DNA of 64,000 bases, from NCBI GenBank assembly GCA_002104905.1, contig MCFE01000350.1, forward strand, positions 24,883-88,882, read 5' to 3'. The DNA comes from Basidiobolus meristosporus CBS 931.73 (lineage: Eukaryota > Fungi > Basidiobolomycota). Position numbers and translations under genes: made by a program. A model generated the notes under the pieces. The model made no database searches, was not told where the DNA came from, and saw only the letters and a list, made by a program, of their open reading frames with translations. This document shows positions 22,104-33,897 of the stretch, piece after piece; the first letter of the stretch is position 1; each line of letters begins with the position of its first letter.

Positions 22104-23329
22104 TTAGTCGAGAGCATGGGTGAAGATCATCAATAGCGGTTTACTCGATGGGTGGTTGTCTGGCCACTGTTTGCTGATACGAAGGCGATGCCCTAGAAAA
22201 CGTGACATGGATGAGCGTTGGGATTTACTACCGACTGGCTGTCCCCTGACTCGAATACCTTCTTCGGAATCAGAGGAGATGTCGGAATCGGTCGCTGAAT
22301 CACTGATATTGTCGTTCAGGTTGTATCGCGCACGTAGCCACTGATGCCGCGGCCCAGCCTCGCTGAGCTCGCTGACCTTGAAGCCGTAGATGCGTGGCTT
22401 GTAGGAGTTGATCTTGAAATGCGAGTAAGTACTGGGGCTGTACGTCATAAGGAATAGATGGGCGAAGGTGGTTCCGAAGAAGGCCCCTAAACGAGAGGGA
22501 TCAACAACCATCCTAGATCACAATGCGTCTACAAACCCGGGTTACCATCAAGGCTGTGGGTCGGCGAGTTCGGCGGCGTGTAGAGATCCAAACAGTTTGG
22601 ACAATACAACTTCACTGGCTCAACATCCAAGGAGTCGGATTTCCCAGTGGGGATCACTAGCGTCCCGTTGCAGTAGTATCGAGGGCAACAACCAAAGTCC
22701 CCACGATCGTATCTGCTCGCCTTGATGCATGGAAGGGTTGGTGAAGGATGTCACAGTAGCAAGGATATGTTGTCACGCACCATTTCATGCATGCCTTGAC
22801 GGGTCAAGATATATCTTTGATGGAGCATACAATAAAGCCTTTCCGCGGATGCTTTGATAGCATTGGTGTCGACATCGGGTCGCGGCCGTTCTACGGGAAA
22901 GTGGTTAGAAGAAAGACGATCTATTTAGATTCAGAGGGGCATACTTGGTTGGATGTCACGAATCATCTCCAAAGCCTCTTGGTAGAACGGCACCTCCGTT
23001 TCTAAGCCGACCGTGTTGAATCCATCTTTCAGAAAACTCTCCGTGGCTCTTAATAAATACTCTTTCCCAGGAAGTGAGCAAAACCATGTGATCCAGTTGG
23101 CCTTCTTCTGTGAGGAGACTGCACTGGGGGCGGGAAAGACTACGAAGGAGGCAAGCGTCACGTCGGTTAGCATGACCACAAAAGGAAAAGAAGGACGCGT
23201 GGAAACCAAGGTTGGCCGGTGTTTGCCTTGCTACCCTCCACACCAGAGTGAACGGAAGATTGGAACATATCGAAGAAACTCACCAGTACACTCTTCAACA
23301 CTGGGCGAGAGGTTTTCGGTCTGCTCCAT
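22104..23329 (-). CDS. Casein kinase II regulatory (beta) subunit, divergent Ckb1-like (about 5 exons)
   Basis: WITWFCSLPGKEY...FN.VGLETEVPFYQEALEMI, LYCMLHQRYILTRQG, zinc ribbon CPRYYC...VKLYCPNC, DGAFFGTTFAHLFLMTY, YKPRIYGFKV and GPRHQWLR. A phase-compatible first intron places the ATG at 23329. Confidence 0.9.
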
Positions 23330-23921
23330 TGGCCTGTGCTAGTTGTAAGGCAGTGTGGTGAACTGGGGTTACTAAAAAGCGTTACAGTGTGGTCGGTGCT
23401 GACATGAAGCAGCTGTTGAATGTACGCCGTATGGATTTATTGGATCATCTCCAAATACTGTTTCCAATTAGCACGCTGATGCAGGCGATAGTCATTTCGG
23501 AGCAGCAATGGTGGTCGACGATCACCTGATCAAGTAGGATTAATCAACATGCTGAGTATTTGGCGTAGTGGCTGTTTAAATCAATTATGGTGGGTGATGC
23601 AGCCATCTAAAAGAAATTGCCGTAAATCAATGTATTCACTGATGTCCTACAGGAAACCATCAATTCCTGGAATACCAACAGGTACTTCAACAGGTACTTG
23701 AAACCGGAGCTACACTACGCTACTGGTAACAAATGAACTTTCGAGTGACCGTTACGTATTATCGCATTTATCTCCTACCCAGGATGGAAGATTTCGACCA
23801 ATATTAGATAGACCTTCAAACCTGGTCAGCCTGTCATATATTTCCCATACAGCCTTCCGGAAATATCTGGTAATGATGTATCTCAAGCATGGAATAACTG
23901 ATTTGATTTCCATCTGATACC

Positions 23922-24580
23922 TGTTGGAAATTTCATACTTGCTCCTAAATACTCGCATTAACTTGGTCACTTCGATCCTGGTTTATGAACTTTCTGATTT
24001 CCTGGTCAGATTTGTTGTTTGGATTTACTCAGAATATTTTCTTCCAAATGTCAGGTGCCTGGAATATGAAGTTGTCAAAACTTTTCAAAAGCCTCCCCTG
24101 CAAGTTTTGCATACTTAATCTAGTGACCTTCCTGAGTATGCACCCTGCAATTTTTTCTGCCCAGACCATGTAGAGGTATAGGTAATATTCTTATACTCAA
24201 GAAACCATTAATGGAAAGGTGAATAAAATGCTAGCTTACCTAATCACTATGCCATATTGTGTAATCTCAGTAAACAACCAACTGGGTGCTGTATTTGTGT
24301 TGTAAATTTTATAATTACACCTAAACACTCACCCAGCTTGGTCACTTGGGTCATTATCTACAAATCTTTGGGAATTCTGGCCAAACTCCTTGTTGGGATA
24401 TACTTGGAATATTTTCACCAATATATTGGGTACCCAGAACATTAGAAATCTGAAAGCTGTTCATGTTGAGAAAACTTGGAATTCCACCTAAATACTCACC
24501 TAACTTAGTCACTTAGATCATCACCTACAAATCATAGAGAATACTGACCAAATTCCTTGTTGGGATTTACTTAGAATCAT
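23922..24580 (+). repeat. Stack of three partial or solo copia family-A LTRs at the gene/TE border
   Basis: LTR starts (TGTTG...TAATTxCACCTAAA.ACTC) at 23922, 24298 and 24464, all homologous to the LTR at 24674. The 24464 copy interrupts the 24298 copy. Confidence 0.7.
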
Positions 24581-24673
24581 ATATACAGAAGGCTCCTGGA
24601 TGAAGAACCAAGAAACCCAAGTGCCAAAAAGAGAAGAAGAAAATGCCATGGCAAGCAGTGCAGACCATCAAAG

Positions 24674-27600
24674 TGTTGAAAAAATTTGTAATTCCACTTA
24701 AATATTCACCTAACTAATCACTTAGATCATTACCTTCCAATCCTAGGGAGTACTGACCAAATTCCTTAATGGGATTTACTTATAATATTTTCACCAAAAT
24801 ACCAGGTACCCAGTACATGAAAATTCTCAAAGCTGTCCAAATAGCCCCAAACTTTGCACATATGTTCTTGGGACTTTCCTTAGCCAATGCTATGTGTTTG
24901 CAATGCTAAGACCATGTAAAAGTATTTATACTACGTTTACATTTAATAAATCATTAAGTGAAAACCACATAATCTACTTGTCCTCCCAAATCACATCCAA
25001 TATCTCCAAGACTGTTACAACAGGCTATGAGCCCTGAGCTGTCACTCTCTGCAATGTCTACTACTGCTATTGTTGGAGTTTTTCCCTCTGCTGAAAAGTT
25101 GGAAGGACTGAACTACCAAGTGTGGAAGGTGAAGATGAAGATGCTGCCACAAGAAAGAGGCCTTTGGGATATTGTCATGGGAGAAGAATGCCCTCCTAAA
25201 AATTTGGGAGAGGAAGCCTTAAAGTACCATAAGAAAGAGCAAAGTGCCTTCAACTGCATATGCCTTAATGTTAAAGACAAACTGCTAATTCAATGCTCAA
25301 GATCAAAAATGGCAAAGAATGCCTGGAAGGCATTAGAAGACACCTACCAGTCATGTTCAGCTGCTAAAAAAATGTATCCAAGACAAAAATTCTTTACTAA
25401 AAAGATGCAGCCAGGAGAAGAAATGAAAAATCTCATTAACAGTAATACCCTGCTGGTGGATGCGATGGAATCTGTGGGTGTACCAACTACTGATGATAAT
25501 TTGATAGTTACCATCCTGAATAGCCCAACAGACAAGTTTCAGGGCCTTCTATCAGCCCTAGAGTCCAGAACTGAAGATTTGACCTTAAATTACATATATG
25601 GAAGGCTCTTGGATGAAGAATTAAGAAAATTAAGTGCCAATAAGAAGGAAGAAGAAAATGCTTTAATAAGCAATGATAGCCAACAAAGAAGATACTCAAG
25701 ACCTTTCAAGGCAATATCAACCTGTTTTGTAACTACTGCAAAAGGTGAGGACACACATCAGACTGGTGCTTCAAAAAGAGAGATAGTCAGTGGAAAAAGC
25801 CTGAATATGGAAATGCTGCCACAACTGAAGATAGACTATTCATATCTGCACTAAATATGACCACAAACAAGGATTCTCAGATGTGGTATATTGACTCTAG
25901 AGCATCTCACACTTTACACACCAAAAAGAACTTTTTACCCAATATCAAGAAATTCCAATTAAGGAGGTTTTCATGGGTGACAATAGAAGACTTGATGCAG
26001 TGGGAGAAGGAACTATCCAAGTAAACCTTGAAAGCAGTGAAGGAAGCCATACACTGACCTTTAAAGAAGTACTCTATGTATCAGATATAGCCAAGAACCT
26101 ACTATCTTTAAGCAAGGCTACAGCAGAAGGACTCAGTTTCAGCTTTGACAATTATGGATCCAAGATCACTGATCAAAATGGTACACATATTGCTTTGGGT
26201 ATCAGAGATCAAACTCCATATAAGTTGACTTATGTTCCATCATATTTGGAAGCCAATATAAGTAACTTAAATGAAAAAACACCAATGCTTTGGCCCAGGA
26301 GATTTGAGCACATTAATTTTGATTATTTGCGCAAAATGATCAAAGATCAGCTAATTTCTGGAGTAAAAATTGATCCCCCAACTAATTTGGAGCACTGTGA
26401 AGCCTGCATATACAGTAAACAAGCCAGACAACTGTTCAAGAGCTCTGGGTCAATCAAAACTAAGAAAAGATCAGATCTAATTTACTCAGATCTATGTGGA
26501 CCTATGCAAAATTTATCCACAGGTGGGATGAAGTACTTAATCACTTTTATTGATGATTGTACAAGATACACATGGGTCTACTTCATGGAGAGAAAGGAAG
26601 AAGCTCTGTCTAAGTTCAGGGAGTTCAAAGCTATGGTGGAGAGAGAAACTGGTGAAAAAATCAAGAAAATACGCTCTGACAATGGTGGAAAATATACCTC
26701 AAAACTCTCATCCACTTCTGCAAAATTCATGGGATAAAGCAAGAGACTATTGTACCATACTCCCCACAGCAAAATGGAGTAGCAGAACAAGCTAACAGAT
26801 CAATAATTGATATGACAAGATCTATGATCCATGATCAAAAATTATCCTATGATTTTTGGGCAAAATCAGTTGCCATAGCTATATACCTTAAAAATAGGAG
26901 TTATAACAGAATACTTTGGGATTCTACTCCATTTGAAGCATGGTATGGATACAGAACAAGTGCAGAACATCTAAGAATATTTGGGTGTACAGCATATGCC
27001 AAGAAACTGCCTGGAAATCAGTCAAAATTTAAGCTAAAAAGAGTAAAATGCATATTATGGGGCTACTGCAATGAGATTCAAGCATACAGATTCTACAATA
27101 CCAATGAAAAGAAGCTAATTAAGTCCAGGGATATGTGTGACAAAAATTCAAGATTTTCACAAAAAATGACATCAGATGATGACAAAAATCTGATCTCAAG
27201 TCCACCAATTGTCAGGATTGGATCAGAGCAAAACAATGAAAATTCTTTCACTCCAGAGGACTCTACAACCATGGTTCAGCCTGAATCAGTGCCTAGGAAT
27301 AGCCCAGAAGTGATCATTCCTGTATTGAATGCCTGGAGATTCAACCAGACCAGATATAGCCCAAATTTCTATATCAATGAGGGTACAACTTAGCCTATGC
27401 CTATTCAGTCCATATTGAAGAAACCCAGACTATAAAAGCGGGCCTATATGGCCCTCAGACAAAGTTTTGGAGATCTGCAAAGACTGAGGAATATCAGGCC
27501 CTAATAGAAAATCAAACTTGCAACTTAGTCACATTACCAATCAACCAAAAATCAATTGGATGCAGATGAGTCTCTAAGACAAAGTACAAGGCTGAGAGTA

Positions 27601-29337
27601 CAATTGAACACACTTGTGGCCAAAGGATACTCTCAAACAAAAAGACTTGACTATACTGAGACCTTTGCATTGGTAGCCAAGTTTAATTCCGTCAGATTGA
27701 TATTTGCTACTGCAGCCAAATAGAAGTTTTTTATTCATCAAATGGATGTGAAAACTGCATTTTTGAATGAAGAACTTGATGAGGACATGTATAAGAACCA
27801 GCCTGATGAGTTTGCTGACTAAGATAACTCCCTTGTGGCCTGCAAGCTTAAGAAATCTTTATACAGTCTCAAATAGTCACCAAGAGCCTGGAATTGCATG
27901 ATAGATTCTTATCTGGAGTCCTTGAGTTCCAAAAGGAGTAATGCTGACTATAGTATACACTAAAAGCCAGATAGAGCAAGTCCAGTTCTATTAGCTCTAT
28001 ATGTGGATGATCTTATTATAGCCACCAATAACCTAGCAACATTGGAAGAGACTAAATCCAGCCTATCTAAAGAGTTCAGGATGTCTTATCTAGGAGAACT
28101 CAGTTACTACTTGGGATAAAGTTGGCCATAGAAAGAAGTACCCTGACTATCACCCTAAGCCAATCCAAGTATATTCAACAAATACTAAAGAAGTACTAAA
28201 TGGAACACTGTAAACCAGCAGCTATCCTAACAGAGTCAAACCTTAACTTGGTCAAAGCTTGACCAAATCAAGTGAGCTTGGTGCCATCAAAAAGCCCTGA
28301 CTTTCCTTATCAGTCATTGGTTAGCAGTCTGCTGTATATCATGCATGGAATACATCCAAACATCTCATATTCAGTAGGAGTTGTCAGCCAGCATAATCAG
28401 AACTATGGATCTGATTGTATTGCAGCAGTTAAGCAGATTTTTAGATATCTGAAAGGAGCTGCAATGTCTGCTTAGGATACTCTTATAAGGATTCAGAACA
28501 GGACCTTGTAGGATACTATGATGCTGATTGGGGACAAAATTTGGAAGACAGAAGATCCACCACAGGATACACTTTTGTTTACTGTCAATGAGTAATTTCA
28601 TGGAATTCAAGGAAGCAACCAACCATAGCACTTTCCACCACAGAAGCAGAGTATATGGCAGCCTGTGAAGCTACAAAAGAAGCAATGTGGTTAAGAAAGC
28701 CTCTTACAGATTTAGGTCTATGTTAAAAAACACCTATTACTTTATTTCAAGACAATCAAGGATGTATACCATTAGGTAGAAATCCAACTTTTTGTGCTAG
28801 AACCAAGTACATAGATATTAGACATGACTTCATATGTGAAGCTATAGAGAATAGCTTAGTTAGCTTAGTTTACTGTCCTTCAGATGAAATGATTGCAGAC
28901 ATATTTACCAAATCATTAGCTAGAGACAAGTCTGAATATCTTAGGTCAAAATTAGGAATAGTCAGTATGAACATTTAGCTGAGTGGGAGTGTAGTAAAAA
29001 TTTGTAATTGCACCTAAATATTCACCTAGCTTAGTCACTTAGATCATTACCTTCCAATCCTAGGGAATACTGACCAAATTCCTTGTTGGGATTTACTTAG
29101 AATATTTTCACCAAAATATCAGGTACCCAGAACATGAAAATTCTCAAAGCTGTCCAAACAGCCCATAACTTTGCACACATGTTCTTGGGACCTTCCGTAA
29201 CCTACACTATGTGCTTGAATGCCAAGACCATGTAAAAATGTATATAGTAATTTGCATTCAATAAATCATTAAGTAAAAACCAGATAATATGTTTGTCCTC
29301 CCAAATCACTTTCAATATCTCCAAGACTCTTATAACA
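24674..29337 (+). mobile_element. Ty1/copia LTR retrotransposon A1, full length but inactivated
   Basis: LTRs at 24674-25022 and 28990-29337 (TG...CA, about 349 bp). PBS GGCTATGAGCCC at 25023 and PPT GAGTGGGAG at 28981. Order is gag (KLEGLNYQVWKVKM), PR, integrase (SDLCGPM...FIDDCTR...IRSDNGG), RT and RNase H, with many stops and frameshifts. Flanks CAAAG/CAATG form a 1-mismatch TSD. Confidence 0.92.
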
Positions 29338-32300
29338 CAATGGAGGTGCTCAGGACCCTTTAAGGGCAACAGCAACTTTGATAGTGTTGCAGTATTCTGA
29401 GGAGTACTGGAAGTGATGTGCTGAACCAGAGAATTTACATGTTATTCACTTGTAGATTCATTGATCAAAGGTATTGTTATTATACTGTTGATGAAGTAGA
29501 GCAAGCAAGTGTGCAGAGTTTGTTAAGGAAGGTCCCAGGAATATGTGTGCAAAGCTTCGGGTGTTTTGGACCACTTTAAGAAAGATCATAATCTGCGTAT
29601 CATATAATTTGGTAAGAATATCTTAAGTAAATCCTGACAAGAAATTTGGTCAGGACAGAATGCTAATCTCAGAGTAAGATATTTGTGACTAAGCTAGCAT
29701 GAGTATTTAGGTGACAACTTAATAATTACAACACTCCCACTTGACAAAACATTCATAAGTACACATATTGGCAGTGTGCAAACTGTAATAAGCATACAAG
29801 AACTCAACTCTGTTGCAAACTGGACTAATATATTATCCAACAGTATATGTATTTGTGCTCAACTTATTTTAACAAGCCACTTTAAGTTCAAGGTGCATAT
29901 GTACTTGATAGTATGCCTAAAAATCAGAATGATCCAATCAAACTACTAATTGTCATCTTTGATCAATAGCACAGGCTTTAATAATGAGCTGAGTCTAATT
30001 GTCATATTGTAATAGTGCTATATAGCCTCAGGGCTATCCAATGCATCTTATCTGAGCAAAATTAACCCTCTTTTGGTTAAGTTAAGGTTTTGTCATTAAT
30101 AGTAGATCTGGAGTCTCCATATTTCCAAGCAACAGTTTATTCATTTAGGCAACTATACTCTGTGTCCATATTAGACTCAGAGACAGTTACTTTCATCATA
30201 TAGACTCTATATGAGGTAAAAAGATAATGACCTATTTTTGGCCAAGTTAAGGTTTTGTCTTCTACACCTGATTTGGGTTATCTTTGTTTCTGTTGTAAGA
30301 GTTTTGGAGATATTGGAAGTGATTGGGAGAACAAGTAGATTATGTAGTTTTTGTTGTAATTATTAAGTTGTCATCAAAATATTCATGCTAACTTAGTCAC
30401 ATAGATCTTATTCTTTGATTAGCATTCTGTCCTGACCAAGTTTCTTGTGGGATTTACTTGGAATATTTTCACCAAATTATCAGGTACCCAGATTATGATC
30501 TTTCTCAAAGTTGTCCAAAAGCCCCCAAACTTTGCACACATACTCTTGGGACCTTCCTTAACAAGATATACATGTATGATTGCTCTACTTTATCAAAAGT
30601 ACAAATACCATACTTTTGATCAATAAATCTACAAGTGGATAACATGTAGATCCTTTAGCTCTCCACATCACTTCCAATACTCCTCAGATTATTGCAGCAG
30701 GCTATGCGCCCCAAGCTTGCTGTCCTCTTTGTGTCTACTTTGCCTTGGATCCATTTCTGCTAGTCTGGAGAAAGAATATCTGCACTATTGCCCTGCCAAA
30801 GTTAAAGATGACTACTGCTGATAAAAGGACTATGTTCATGAGGATATTGCTGTGGAGAAGAAGGCCTTGCCTTCAAAAGACTCATACAGTAACTACTCAA
30901 GCTAGTTATGAAGGAGAGTTTATCAAGTTGACGCAAAAATATGTCAAGAAATAGAGTGTGTTGGTGCTATACTACTACTGAAGACAATTGCATAATTCCA
31001 GCAATTGAGGGTACAGATCTACAATAAAATATATTGCTATATGTATTTGTATAGCCTCAATGAACTGTTAAACAAGCTTTTGGATAAGATACTATCCTGA
31101 ATTTCAAAAAAAAATATAGATCATCATTGCATGACTGCCGGAGGAAGATTTTACAAAATCTGTTGCTACTCAAAATAAGACTGAGAATGCAAGTACTGGA
31201 GCTTTTAACTGCCATTTTAGACTATCTATTTATGGAAAGAGGTCTCAGAAACAAGCTCTCTGAGTTGTAAGGATCCTGATGATATATATTACAAATATAT
31301 CCACCTGGAGTACAGATATGTACTACACAATCCAATGGAAGAATGCTTTATTTTATCAAGTGTTTTTATACTGAAGCTAATGTACCAGAAGCCAAATATG
31401 GAGCTGTTAGATGTGCTATCACTCTGCTTAAGTCCCAAAACAGTGGGAGAAAGTATTATTCAAATTTAGCAAAATTAACTCAAGAAGATTCTATCACTAG
31501 CCAGTGAGAGTGAAGCAAATGATTGCAAGCCTGATTGGAGTATACAACAAAGCAACAGTTGGCCAGTATACAACTGCAGGCCACTCAGAAGATAACATAG
31601 TACTTTATACTTGTTATATATATATCACTTATTACATTGGGAGAAAACACTTTGTGACATTTGATTCTCAGAATCAGATCAGAAGAATTGCAATTGATCC
31701 AGTCACTGCCAAGCTCTGCAACTCAAAGAGCTATATATTGAAGTCTGATATCAAAGCACTGATGAAACTAGCTTGCAAATGCAGCTTATTTAATTAAATT
31801 TGGACAACTCTATCAAAATGCTGATTGATCTAAGTAGATGCTGATTTTGACTATATTACTCTCAAATAGTCAAATATTGTGGACAAATGATGTCATGAGG
31901 TCTTCTGTACTCAAACACACTGTGGTTCCACCTTTAAGACAGTCCAGAACCATCCCACAAAAGGAATTTCCCTTTGATCATCAGCAGAAAGAGAAAAAGA
32001 AGAAAAAATGGGAAAATACTGTCATGATCACATGACAACCATGAACACCCATGCCAAGTTTCAGCTTCCCAGCTCAATTTCTAAGAGATTCCTTCCGGAA
32101 CCTTCTACCACCTTCCAGAAAGTTCCTGACCATTCCAAACCATTGTTACACAATGGAACATTCCATGGAAGCTTTCCATCGTATTTTTTATAGTCCAGTA
32201 CCATATATGGAAATACCAGGTCACATGACTTAGTCACATGATCAGGTGACCCAATCCATTTCCCCATCCTGTCTCAGTACCGTGTCATCTATGTCATTAT

Positions 32301-32413
32301 CCCCAGCACCATTGCTGTGCCTCACCCCACAACCCCATTAGTATTAGCTAACATCTCTCGGCATCAATATAGCCAAAAAGTATATATAGTCCTATCCCCC
32401 CTTAAGTATTCCT

Positions 32414-32554
32414 CAGTCTGATAAACACAGGTCTTGAATAAACAGCCTTGCCTTGAATCCTGCCTTGCCTTGATGGTCCACACCTAAGTCCTTTCCTGCC
32501 GTGCCTAGCTTTTCCTCCTGCCTTGTGTCTATTCATAACAGTTTTATCAGACTG
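32414..32554 (+). promoter_or_regulatory. Self-priming PBS and its complementary R-region 5' end
   Basis: The sequence after the 5' LTR, GTTTTATCAGACTG (32541-32554), has 12 nt perfectly complementary to CAGTCTGATAAA (32414-32425). That site lies about 30 nt downstream of TATATATAG. There is no tRNA-type TGG PBS. Confidence 0.85.
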
Positions 32555-32947
32555 CTCCTGACTTACCTGTGGATCCCTGCCTTCTGCCCAAAGTTTGAAG
32601 AAAACTTGTAAAAGGAATACTCACCGTAAGTATCACCCATCATCTTTCCCTAGTCTTGTCCTATAAAGGCAAAGATACTTTATCTTTGTAAAACTATTGG
32701 TCAAAGCTGCATTCACTTTATTACCCTGCTGGTGGAGTTTACAGTTGTTACAGTATTGGAAGCTTTAGTACAATACTCTATCAAAGGACGTTGAAACCAG
32801 TACCTTCTGAAGTGACGCTAACTTATTTAAGTTGGGGATTGTGGCTCAATAGTTGTATTCTTGACATACTAGTGGCTTTACAAACCCACAATCTAGTTTA
32901 GTATATTCCAGTATTCCTTGCAAGTTCATCCGCCTTCCTCTGCTACC

Positions 32948-33880
32948 ATGTCCAACCTAGAGCTGAACTTTGCCCAGCTCATGGCTGCCTTTACCCAACT
33001 GCAGCAAGACCATGCAGACCTCAGAAACACTCTTGCTCAGTTCCAGAACCAAAGTGTCCAGCAAACTAGCCATGTCCCAGTCTACCAAGAACCCAAGTAT
33101 ACTCCTGCTACCAAGTTCAATGGCTCTCAGAATGAATTCCGTGGCTTCATCAACATGGTGAAGAACAATCTTGCACTCCAGCCCAACCGGTACCCCACTG
33201 ACCAGGCCAAAGTTGGGTTCATCTCCAACCTGCTTACTGGTACAGCTCTCAAGTGGTTCTCCCCATTAGTGGAGACCAACTCTCCCCTACTCAGAGACTA
33301 CCAAGCCTTTCTCACTGAAATGGAGCTAACATTTGGTAACCTTGACCAAGCCAGAACTGCTGCCAACAAGATCAAGACCCTCAAGCAAGGGAACAAGCCA
33401 GCATCAGTCTATGCCTCAGAATTCCGACAACTCTCCAGTGACCTCAGCTCCTGGGGTCAAGCAGCCTTGATTAGCCAATTTCAAGATGGCCTCAATGATG
33501 AAGTCTGTGATCTGCTACTCACACTCCCAGATCCAGATACATTGGTTGAAGCTATGCACCAAGCAATCCGGTGTGATAACAGACTATTCCAGAAGAAGCA
33601 AAAGAACCGTCAAAGACACATTCCTGTTGCAGTCCCAGCCCCTCCTGCTCCCCAAGTCACTCCAGAAGATCCTATGCAGATTGATAGTGCCAAATACAAG
33701 AAACTATCAAAGAGTGAAAAGTCCAGACGTCAACAAGCCAACCTCTGTCTATACTGTGGCCAACCAGGTCACTTTGCCAAGTCCTGCCCCAACAAGAAGT
33801 CCAGCTTCAAGCTGATGCAGTCCTCCAGCAACCAACCTGATCCAGATCTGTCGGGAAACTCCAATGTCCAGTTGCACTGA
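32948..33880 (+). CDS. Gag of the chromovirus (Ty3/PEG10-like capsid with CCHC knuckle)
   Basis: KFNG....FRGF...[15 protein letters not shown] capsid motif, [15 protein letters not shown], and [14 protein letters not shown]. The ORF track opens at an upstream TTG (32918); the first ATG is at 32948. Confidence 0.93.
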   Translation: MSNLELNFAQLMAAFTQLQQDHADLRNTLAQFQNQSVQQTSHVPVYQEPKYTPATKFNGSQNEFRGFINMVKNNLALQPNRYPTDQAKVGFISNLLTGTALKWFSPLVETNSPLLRDYQAFLTEMELTFGNLDQARTAANKIKTLKQGNKPASVYASEFRQLSSDLSSWGQAALISQFQDGLNDEVCDLLLTLPDPDTLVEAMHQAIRCDNRLFQKKQKNRQRHIPVAVPAPPAPQVTPEDPMQIDSAKYKKLSKSEKSRRQQANLCLYCGQPGHFAKSCPNKKSSFKLMQSSSNQPDPDLSGNSNVQLH

Positions 33881-33897
33881 CAGGCTTGCAACTGGAC
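33853..33897 (+). other. -1 programmed ribosomal frameshift signal
   Basis: G GGA AAC in the gag frame (33853-33859), a 6-nt spacer, then a perfect 11-bp stem GTCCAGTTGCA/TGCAACTGGAC (33866-33876 / 33887-33897). Confidence 0.88.

Noticed and set aside
23660-23705. AATACCAACAG-type short repeats shared with 51985-52015
   Set aside because: Too short, and with no matching terminus nearby, to define an element.
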